Below the pieces are notes generated by a model, which searched no databases, was not told the origin of the DNA, and worked only from the letters and a program-made list of their open reading frames with translations. Both the position numbers and the translations under genes were made by a program. Source: Bugula neritina (taxonomy: Eukaryota > Animalia > Bryozoa). From it: 64,000 nt of DNA. The stretch's first letter is position 1. Every line of letters begins with the position of its first letter. Location: assembly GCA_964035545.1 (NCBI GenBank), contig OZ037766.1, positions 6,624,722 to 6,688,721 on the forward strand, read 5' to 3'. Below, in pieces: positions 42,701-53,890 of the stretch.

Positions 42701-45700
42701 AGTTTTATGATTAAATAATCTATGTTGGTATGTTAATTCATGACTTTACATTGATAAAAGCCATTTCACTTTGCACATACTTTCTCTAAGACTTTTATAT
42801 GACATGTATTTCAAGGTTGAGGGTGTTTGTTACATTTAAGTGCAGTAATAGAAAAATTTCATTAGCTCAAGTTCTTTTATTGTCTTTTTGGAAGTTGGTT
42901 TGAGGTGCAACTAGAAGTTCGAGAGAGAGAAAACATGATATATTTTGCTACATTTCTTATCTAGAACACACGCTATTCCAACTTTCTCCATTACTGCACC
43001 TACCTTGTTTATTACCTGCCTGATATGATAAACATAGGTTACATTGCGGGTGTATTTTACAGGACGACCCAAGACTACATGATTTTAATGTTGATGCTGT
43101 AGTGGCACAGGCCCTGAAAGATGCAACAGAGCAGGTTATTTATTCTCCTACCCTAATATACAATACAGGTTGAGATTCTGGGCTAAGTATTCCTTCTAAG
43201 GCTATATGTTATATTCTGTGTTTTTGTTAGATGAATATCTCTATCATTCACCTCTTATCTCTCAAGTACCCAGATTTTAGTTGATTTAGTGTTGTAATTG
43301 GATGATATGGAGATTAGGTAGATCTAACTTACCTCTAGTCTGCAGAATATATAGTTAGTATATCTATGCTTCAGTATATCTAGTTACACTGCAACCAATA
43401 CTTGAAGCTTTGCAAAGTCAATCGAGTTAAGCAGCTAACTGAGGAAAAAATGCAGCAATGTCATTGGTTGTTTTTACCAGGATGACTAATCCTATATTTA
43501 CTCAAGTGTCTAATATACCAGACTATTTTGTGTGTAAATGCAGATTACTTTGTGTGTAGATGCAAAAAACTTTGTGTGTAAATGCAGATTACTTTGTGTG
43601 TAGATGCAGAAAACTTTGTGTGTAGATGCAGATTACTTTGTGTGTAGATGCAGAAATCTTTGTGTGTCAATACAGAAAGCTTTTTATGTAGATGCAGAAA
43701 GCTTCGCAAAAATTTGGAAGACTTTGTGTATGAATACAAACTACTTTTTCTATAACTAAAAATTACTTTTGGATTTTTCCTGCCATATTTGTTGCTTAGG
43801 ATACTGACTTTAAACTACATTATCTTATGCAGAATGCGGCATACAAAGGCAATCACATCATGTGGACAATGGGGGACGACTTCACTTATCAAAATGCCAA
43901 CACCTGGTATAAGTCCATGGACATGTTGATACCAGCTGTAAATGCTAGGGTAAGCAAACTGATGCTATATGTTGTCACAATACTTTACTGGTCTATTGTA
44001 GAATGCTGCCTATCGGGGAGGCCATATTATGTGGACAGAAGGCATGGACTTCAACTATCAAAATGCCCAAACATGGTTTAAAAACTTGGACAAACTTATT
44101 CCTTACACTAACCAGAGAGTACGTGACGTTTAAATGCTGCTCCTATCACAGGATATTAATTCCGTTAGCTACAGGCTGATTACACTTCATACTCACAGCA
44201 AAAATTCTTCTGCTTTTTAATTTATTTTAAAGCGCTGTCAATCTTCTTCCATTAGATTTTAATTTTATTGGTTGATATGATTTCTTTCAACATAAAATTA
44301 TGCCTGCAAATCTATATGACTTATCACCTTGTCTGATCTTGTAACATAAAAATATGTAAAACTTACAAGTGTTTACCACACTGTACAAATTTTATATTTA
44401 AATTGATTGGATTCCATCAGCTACAATGTGTTGTTACAGCAAGCTAATGGCAGTAAAGTGAACCTCCTTTACTCTACACCTGCCTGCTACACGTATGCTA
44501 AGAATAAACAGAACGTTACATGGAGCACCAAGTCGGATGATTTCTTCCCATATGCTGACAGAGTACACGGCTACTGGACTGGGTATTTCACCAGCAGGGC
44601 CGCTCTCAAAGGAATGGTTCGAGATACCAACAACTTTCTACAGGCAAGATGTGGTTGTTTATTCTAAGTCAATATTGCTACACAGCAATTCTTCCTGTTG
44701 ATGCTTACTTGTAATTTCTCTGCATATGGAGATTGTATCATGTTTGCTAAGAAGTTGCAAGGTAATAAAGAGGAAATTCCACCCATATGCTGGTTGACAG
44801 TGTGATATGTATAGAGGGGAAAACTCCAGATTGTTTTGTTTGTTCTGTATAATTTATCTTGTAATGTACTCTTTACACAGGTTGCTAAGCAACTCGATGT
44901 CTTAGCCAATCGAGGAGCTGATCGCAGTAGTGACTCTGCCCTAGATGTACTTAGTAAGTACTTTATTTTTTAGAAAATGTGATAAAAATATGTAACTCTA
45001 AATTTTCTCAGCTCTTGATATGTAAAGACACGTATTTTCAATGAATTGCACCAAGTTTTATAATAAAAGCTATTCGATTAAATACGTTGACAGAGCGAGC
45101 AATGGGTGTGGCACAGCACCATGATGCAGTGAGTGGCACTGCTAAGCAGGTTGTTACGTATGACTATGAGGAGAGGCTAGCTGATGGTGTCAATCAATGT
45201 ATGGAGTTGGTGAATCATGCCTACCAAAAGCTGACAAATTCCGTCACCACCAGCTTTACACTGCCTACTCAGGAGTTATGTCCCTTGGCTAATATCAGCA
45301 TGTGTAAAGCTGTGGAAGCAAGCTCCTCCGTAAGTTGTGTAAAGAGAGTATATTTTGTTTGCTTATACCTGTTTTATGGCATTTTAATTGAGTTATATAT
45401 AACTGAATGTTGCTTAATTTTCAAGCTTTCTTGAAGTTCATAGAATGCACATATAGTGGTGTTTAGTAAAAGTGATGTGCAAAGGAAGGAGGTTGTTAAA
45501 ACTTAGTAAGAGCAGCAAATATTCATGCTTGCTCACAGTTTAATATTTAATTTGCTGAACAGTTTGGGATAATCGTATACAACCCACGGGGACAGAGTAC
45601 CCGCACGATGGTCAAACTTCCAGTTAGTAGTGATAAACTCAATGTCACTGATGCTCAGGGAAACCCTTTACAAGTCCAGGTATATTGTTCTTCTGCTACA

Positions 45701-48700
45701 CATAACTGTGCTTCACATAGGGTTTTTGAATGCTCATTATTCTATTATGGTCAATTTTTAAAGTCTTTGTTTTGAAAAATGTGTTACTTTTGTTATAAAT
45801 TTGTTGCGAAATTTATCTAAAAGTAGAACAGTTTCTATTTAGCCAATTTTAGTTTAGGTTTTTAGAAATGTTTGCTTTGCTCACATAATTTTCTATTTTG
45901 TTAGTAATTTTTGTGTGCTGCCATGTTTTAACAATTGAACTAAAGTTGATTGTCACCATTTAATTTTATATTCTCTTTCCTCACAAATATTAAACTTTCC
46001 ACTTCCCAGTTTACTGAGGTGAGTGCCAGAACTAAGAAGATTCCGGAGAGAAATGGCAGCGTTGCGACTCATGACATGTGGTTCACTGCTCAGTTGCCTC
46101 CTCTTGGCTTCTCCACCTACTTTGTTAGTGCCGCATCACGGTCCTCTCTCACTAACAAACTTGTGAAGGTCAAACCTGCATCTGATGTCGTCATATCTAA
46201 TGATGTGAGTTGTGTTCTCTATTTATTGTATAAAATCGATGCTCTAGATTCCCTCTGCTATAATTTATTGTTGCAATATCAGTGAATAATGTTATACACT
46301 GGTTTACCAAAGATTTGAATACATATCGTTCCCAATTTTATTAAATTATTTTAAATTGTTGATAATATTTACGCTAAAAACTTATGATTTGTTGTATAAA
46401 TCTGTTTTTACGACAATTTCAATTGAACCTCTATTTAAAGTTTCAATAGGGTTACATATACACTGAATATAATGCTTCGGTTGTGGGATGGCTTACGAGG
46501 GTCTCCTTATAAAATGATCATCAAGTCTCATTGACACTTTCAGTTGCTGGAGGTAATATTTGATGGCACAACTGGACTACTCAAGCAGATCAGTAATCTG
46601 AAGAGTGCCGTGAAGATGAAGGTTAAACAAGAGCTCATGTTCTATGTTGGCTGGGATAAATATTCGGGGGCCTACAAGTTCCGACCCAAATCACAGAGTC
46701 CAACCCAACTCAGCCAGACAGCTAAAGTACAAGTATTCAAGGTAGGTCCAAGTTGTCAAGCTGGTTTATGTATGTTTTAGATACTTGCTAATCCTAGTTT
46801 CTAGCATTTTCTAACAACTTGCAATGTTTTCAATGTTTCTCTCACTCACACACATTTGTTTAAAATATTCATCTCTGTGAAAACCCCCTATGCATATATG
46901 TTGTTACATGCCGAGTAACCGTTCACTATGCAGTAGCAGCATTTGAAACAATCCTAGAACTATTAAAAATGTGTAAAAGAAAACTCCAGCCACAACTTAC
47001 ATAGACTCATAACATGTTAAATGCTTGCCAAGAGAATTAAACTGTGTTGTGTATATGTTAAATTGGCACTTTTTGCTCCTTTACTTGTTGTTCCTTTTGT
47101 TTCTTTTTATTGTTGGTGTACTTTCTTGTGTATAGTTTTGCCTTACATATTATATATTTTGTATGTGGCTACAGTGCCTTGTTTCCAAATTATGGTATTG
47201 TATTATATTATATTATTATATTATAGGGCTCGCTGTTTACTGAGGTTAGGCAGACATTCACCAACTGGGGAACTCAAGTGTTCAGACTTGGTCGAACAGC
47301 CAATCACATTGAGCTAGAGTGGACTGTAGGCCCGATACCTTTCAAGTAAGAGTACAAGCTCTTGCGTGTTCATATGTCGTCCTTGTTTTTACTGCAGCAA
47401 AAGACACTTGGCAATATATAAATATGTGTATGTAATTTATAGAGTAAAAACTCAAAAGCATTTGTTATCTAGTACTAAAAAGTTTTATGTTTGCTAAATA
47501 TATTATACAAAGGCGTGAACATCAGAACAATAAGGCCTTTGTGTTTTGTAAACGTATCATGCAAGGTTGGAAAACTATTTGACTGATATTTAGATGCAGT
47601 AGTGGAGAAATTGAGATAGCCTAAGTTCTTTAAATTACTTTATAGATTTTTGTTTGGGGCATAGGTTGAAATTTTTTGCGAGAACATAACTTCTTTTGCT
47701 ACATTTTAATCTAGAACACAGGCTTTTCTCAATTTCTCCATTACTTCACCTACTGACTGAGCAATCTTCTTTTACATTGTAAAGTATATTTCACAAAACT
47801 TCGTGATTGTTAGAAACAGGAGTTCTCGAGCTTTTTAATGGTGCAGCAGTGTTGAACAGCTGAAGAGCTATAATATTTTGTCACATCTATAGACCAAAAT
47901 AGTCACAAGCTGTACATGTACAAGTCCACCGGGCTATTTTTGTGAACCCTATATATTCTATTCTTTCAATCTTTATGAGCATTAGTGATTATATTATGAG
48001 TATGGCCTGCTTCCACTAGTTATTAGTTGTAGCCAATAAATATCACACACAGTGTAAAAGGATCGCAGTAAATAGTATAGTATAGTATAGTATATCGTCT
48101 CCTTTCGTGCAGCTGAATAAAGTGCATTTCTCTCTCTGCTGCAGTGGAACTATAGGTAGAGAGGTGATCAGCCGATTCACAACCGATCTCATGTCTCAGG
48201 GCGCCTTCTACACAGACTCTAATGGCAGACAGATTCTACAACGCCAGAAGAATTTCAGACCTACTTGGACCTTAGACGTAAATGAACCGGTCTCTGGAAA
48301 TTACTACCCTGTCAACAGCCGAATTTACATCCAGGTAATCATTTGTGAATATGCATTGCTGATGTTTTCCTGTATGATATTTAGTCAACTCAAATTACAC
48401 ACCACAAAACCTGGCTTATAGTGCTCTGAGGGGTTTCTTGAGGGCACTCTTGCCAAATGTATTAAAAGAAACAGAATTTGTTTTGGGGAGGACATCTCTG
48501 ATGAGCTTTTTCTAATTTCACGTATTGAGCATGCCTAGCATGGGCTGGTCTTGGCTTTGGATTTCATAAAAATCCTTGGCATCTGATATACATAATACTA
48601 CTTATTTTTTACATCAATAAGATTCATGCAAACTACACTCTACCATGGCTCACTAATTATATCATATCATATAAGCTATGTATTTTGCTATGTATTGGAA

Positions 48701-51242
48701 AACATATTCTTTACTGAAATATTTTGCCAATGAATTCAATTTTTTTTTATTTTTCAAGTTACGCTGAAGTTTTTTCACCTTGGTTAGCTTTAGTCTTATG
48801 TGGATGTTAACTAGCTGGAATAGTCTTAAGTTGTTAATTACAATCGATATTAATGGACACAATCAAATCTTTGCATAGTGGTGATAAATTTTGCCTGAGA
48901 GAAACAATTTTAGTTTCTACTTAATTATTTATGGCTAATGTGGCTAAACTTTCTTGATGTGCAAATTGTGTGTTATGTATGTTTTGTTTTTAAATCTAAT
49001 CATAATGAATATTGTAACACTGTTCATATCTCTTCCAGGACTTGAAGAGATCTTGCCAGTTTACTATTCTAACAGACCGGTCTCAGGGTGGCACCAGTGT
49101 TGCTAACGGATCTCTGGAACTCATGGTTTGTTCACTGCTATGAACTATAATACTGTGGAACATCAGCATGCTGTTGTATTTCGTTATTGTGATGTTTTAA
49201 ATGAGTTTTTCAGGTATTTATAAATAATAATGTCTCAGTATCACCATTTGATGTTTAATTTATCTTATCATAGATTCACTTTTGTAGCAAAAATCGTAGA
49301 GACAAATGTGTATAATCGGAGCTTCTTTATTGGACTTGTCCAATACACTTTATTGTACAATCAATAATATTTTAATTCAGCTTCACCGAATGACAACATC
49401 GGATGATTCGCTGGGAGTTGGTGAAGCCCTGCAGGAGAAGGGTTCTGATGGAAAGCCTTTGATAGTGAGAGGTTCGTGTGCAGCTAAAATGTCATGGCTT
49501 TCAGTATTCAGCTTTATATGAAAGTCATTCATTGATATTGACAAAATTTTTATACCCAACTGTTTTTTATTTTGTTTTGATTTTCAGTTGAGGTGAATAG
49601 TTTAATTGCTTATATTTCAAGGCATAGTAAATTAGACAGCTTGTATCTTGGTAAGAATAAAGTTGAAGGTATGTGACTGTAGGTAAGCACTACTTGGTGG
49701 TTGATACAATCGCTGCCTCTGCTGCCGTACACAGAGAACTGGCTCAGCGGTTGTTTATGGCTCCAGTTGTCACAGTTTCTAAGACTACTCCGGCTGTTAT
49801 AGACAAATGGAAGAAGTACCTCACACTTCGGGTATGTGTTCTATACTCTTCAGGTTCTACACGGTGATTTTACTCTACATAATCTACACATCCTACACTT
49901 TCTACATTACATTCTACACACAATGCACACTACAGATGCAATAACCACTCTACATACTATAATCACATCAGGCTATATGCCTGCAGTGTGTTTTGTGGAC
50001 AGACTTCATATTTGCGGGACTGTCTTATTTCTGACTTCTATTAAACTGATATCATATTCTATGGAAATAAGTATAACAATTGTGTTGGCTCTAATTTTAT
50101 AGCCAAATAAAAAAACTTCTTGTAAATAGAAAGAAACTGCAAAAAGTTGTAGGTTTAAAAAGACTTATAAACTCAATTAATGAACGTATAAATATGTAGT
50201 TAGTTGTTAAATCAGTTTTCTAATTCGTTAACTTAACAGTATGCTTGCAAGTTGCAAAATCTTGCAAATATATAGTATAATAAGTTTTTTAGGGTACACT
50301 CGGCGCAAGGGTATATATATCTCTGATACTTAGACTTGCGTATATAGACTATTTATTAGATCTACTATATGGTATATTTATGTACGTCTTGTAGCAATCA
50401 TACATTAGAACTGCACTACCAGATAATGTTCACCTTCTGACCCTGGAATCCCTTGGAAACAACCAATTGCTTCTGAGACTGGAACACTTCTACTCTCTGA
50501 ACGAAGACAGCTCTCTGTCTAAGAATGTCACCGTCTCACTACAAGTAGGTGGCTGAGCTATGGCTAGGTCAAGGTTATGTGAGTTTGGAAGTGGGCGTAC
50601 TGATAGATCTTCAGCTGTTATATTGGGCTTGTTTGTTGTGATGATCACGTTGATGGTAAAGTATAATGATTGCATTTCTTGCAGGACTTGTTTAGTACCC
50701 TGACTATAAAATCTGTGAAGGAATTAACTCTGGAAGCTAATCAATATCTAGAAAATGCACAGCGACTCAAATGGAACAAGAAGTCTTCTAAACGAGGTAA
50801 TATTCAGGCTAAGTCACTGATTGTATAAATCTTTCTTCTAGTATAATATTCCAGTGTAATATTCTGAAATTGAAAAAAAATTAAGATTTTAAAAATTTCC
50901 TTTCTGGCAAAGTCATATACATTAAATTTTGTTTCAGTCTTTATCTAACATCATTAGTGTTTGCTGATAAAAAATATGTTATATTTTTAACTATATTTTA
51001 GTCTCAAAATATCTTAGTCATTGGTGATGAATTTATAATCATTGCTCTAACTAGATAAATCATTGGTGTAAGAGATTTACAAAGTTTGAAGCCATGTTGT
51101 TGTAGTTATTGAATTGCATGTACTTGACTTTTAAACTAATCTACAATGATGAAATTTTGTAGATTATCGTCCAATAGGAGATGACTTTGCTATTGAACTT
51201 AGTCCCATGATGATTCGTACTCTGGAGGTTACATTCCAGTGA
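39757..51242 (+). CDS. MAN2B1: Lysosomal-type alpha-mannosidase (GH38), 971 aa with one version of exon 7; exons 39757-39837, 40063-40165, 40537-40686, 41398-41591, 41868-42065, 43063-43134, [43833-43949 or 44002-44118], 44440-44643, 44881-44953, 45094-45329, 45563-45679, 46010-46204, 46544-46741, 47227-47345, 48145-48334, 49039-49125, 49381-49471, 49683-49831, 50395-50544, 50685-50796, 51163-51242
   Basis: Signal peptide, PHTHDDVGW (Zn ligands), [22 protein letters not shown] (nucleophile), [43 protein letters not shown]. Confidence 0.96.
42837..43002. mobile_element. ~165-bp MITE, copy 1 (TIR ~GGTGCAGTAATGGAGAAA, TA-flanked)
   Basis: taagtgcagtaatagaaaaa ... tttctccattactgcaccta; internal sequence similar to the copy at 47591-47752. 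Confidence 0.7.
43528..43703. repeat. 22-bp minisatellite (~8 copies, TTTGTGTGTAGATGCAGATTAC-like)
   Basis: Tandem array ending ~130 nt upstream of MAN2B1 exon 7a. Confidence 0.9.
43833..43949 (+). CDS. MAN2B1: MAN2B1 alternative exon 7a ([39 protein letters not shown])
   Basis: CAG acceptor, GTAAGC donor, 117 nt, phase 0/0. Confidence 0.9.
44002..44118 (+). CDS. MAN2B1: MAN2B1 alternative exon 7b ([39 protein letters not shown])
   Basis: TAG acceptor, GTACGT donor, 117 nt, phase 0/0; homologous to 7a and not shown in this frame in the ORF track. Confidence 0.9.
47591..47752. mobile_element. ~160-bp MITE, copy 2
   Basis: tagatgcagtagtggagaaattgagatagcctaagttct ... agaacacaggcttttctcaatttctccattacttcaccta, an imperfect ~38-bp TIR pair. 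Confidence 0.7.
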
Positions 51243-52039
51243 TGGAATGTACACATTGCTTTGCTCTTTCGATATGCTCTTATGAATGACAATTTTTGTT
51301 GGCATTTAAACAATCTACAATAGAAAAAGAATTCAGGCCTTATATCATCTAATAGGACTACTACTACAAAATTTATTTGCCCTACCCATTTACCCATTTT
51401 ACTGCTATCTATTATACAGCTGATTATACAATAATTTTACAAGACTAATGGTTTTTATTTTTCCATTTTAATGTTTTAAATATTTAGCAATACTTTATTA
51501 ATAAAATTCACTGATGTTATGTTCTACTAGTGAATACTAAATAAATATTAAATATCATCCAAACATCTAAAAGTAATTATTACTTTAGTGATGTTTCAAT
51601 AGATAACTTATAAGTTATTATGCCAATTCACATGTTCTAGTGTTCTAGCGCAGATACTACTATCTCATAATGCTATATGACGCTGATGGTGTATTTTAAC
51701 TGTTTTGCTCCAATATAAATTTTGATGTTAGAAGCGTTGACCGCAGCAAGCAATAACCACAGAGTTATCTTTTTAAAGAGAACCGTCGTGTTAGTAATAC
51801 TTGGAGTTGTGATTTCTTTTAGGTATACACGCGCATTATGAAAAGAGTAAATCTTAGCGAGACCAACAGGACTGTTTTTATACGTTTCCGATTACTGAAA
51901 TAAAAATGAGGTAGATAGAGATGCTCATGATATATTGATTATGATGATCAAATCGGTGTAAATTGACATTCTGTAAGTGTATGGCTTTAATGTGTACAAT
52001 AACATTGTAGACTCATTTTTCGAAAACAAAGCAGTTTAC

Positions 52040-52700
52040 TGCTAGTTCATACTTAATCTCATATGTATATGCTACTTAAACTGCGTCTGTCCAAGTTCAA
52101 GTTGAACTAAACTGAAACTCAAACTGAAACTTGAACTTATCACCAACTTCTACTCTAGTCTAACTAGTAACTAACTAATAGTATTAGTTTCAGCTTGTCA
52201 ATATGAGTTTAATAGTGTATGAGCATTAGTATGGGTATCAACTAACAACTCCACAAGTAGTAAACTAAAACAAGTGACAAACAACTACAAGCTCAAAATA
52301 CTTATACTAACTTTAAAATTAATTCCAAAAGTAAAACTAAATATCATTTTGATTGTCACTATCATTGTGATTGTCGATAAAGCGTGGGTTTTATAAATGC
52401 AAGTCATTAAGTGTTGTTATGAAATTGTTTATTAGATTTAGTCTGTTACTATGTAACACTAACTGTTAAACTTAGTCTTACTCTAACTCTTGGAGTTAGT
52501 ATACGTGCTCAATCTTAGAGCTAGTATACATATAACAATAATAAAATGATAAACTTGAAGCAATTACAATACTTATACCTATAGTTATACTTATAACCAC
52601 TATGACTATAATTATTGCAATTGCTTTATTACCAGCTACAAGCATAAGACTGAGAGTTTAAAATCCGTCTGTCTCATTATTATGATTTTCACATTGAAGT
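52040..52700. repeat. 3-bp-periodic mosaic tract in cereblon intron 1
   Basis: Examples: caagttcaagttgaactaaactgaaactcaaactgaaacttgaactt, acttatacctatagttatacttataaccactatgactata. Confidence 0.75.
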
Positions 52701-53890
52701 TGACTGTTGCTCCCGGTATTAGTAAAATGTTATAAAAATAAGTACTGACTTTATCATGCCCCCCCCCCCCCCCATTGCTAATTTAAGGCTATTAATGTCA
52801 TTGTAGTAAGGTACAATTTAAATTTTAGCTCTTTGCTGTATTTTAGTTTTGCTGTTATTGTTAGGGTGATGCAGCTTTCAAAGTTTATAAAACTGTTGAT
52901 GGAAAATTTATCTACAGCATTATCATTATAAGTTATTTCCTAATTTATTCACTTATTATATAAAAAACAAACCAGTTGAAAAAACAGTATTTTTATGCCG
53001 CTTTCAAGTGCAACATTTGATAAATAATTCAAGAAGCAACCTTATGTTGTAACACTAAAATATGTAGAAGCTTTAAAATGAGCTGGTGCAATAAGAATGC
53101 ACTTTAAAATATCTTTTAAAAACGTTGCATCAACATTATCATGTAAAAATAGAATTTTACTTATTTGGTAATATAGAAAGTTGTTTTTCATACAAGTACA
53201 CCCAATATAAAATATAATTATAGCATCTTAAAATACTAACAAACATTATTTATTGCAGAAAACATGTTGGATATGTCAGCATATAATAAAGTGATATGTG
53301 CTGCAGTCATCTTTATAGGCTTGCAAGTTTTTACTTATAACAAATAGTTTTACATGGTATGCTGCTAAAAGTTGCTACCAACATTTATAAGTAGGACTTA
53401 TCACGTTTCTTCCTGGTAAACAGTATCATTGTTTTAGAATTCAGTTACTACTTTTACATTTTTTTCATAAAAATCTTGACTTTCAACCACCTAGTTAAAT
53501 TTTAAACATTTGAAAGTGATATCAATGAATTTAGCAAATGTGCATTAATAGTTAATACAAATCTGCTAAGTAACTTTCTGCCCAAAATTTCCTGAAAGTT
53601 TTATATTTCTTTGAAAGTTTTTAGCAAATTTTCATTTCTTTTGTTTGGAGCAAAACATAGTTTTAAATTTTTCATCAAGACATTTTTTGTAGGAATTGTT
53701 GAAGTTTTTCTGCCACCTAAAATTTTTACATGCCATTCAAAGAGTTTGAGACCTGTTGATTCTAACTAAAGTTGTTATGAATGCATTCCATACAGGCTAG
53801 TCTAACATGTTTTACCGTGGCTTTTAGTAGTATAATAAAATGATCTTTTGTAATAATTGTATATGCATTTAGTTTTATTTGTAGGTGAAA

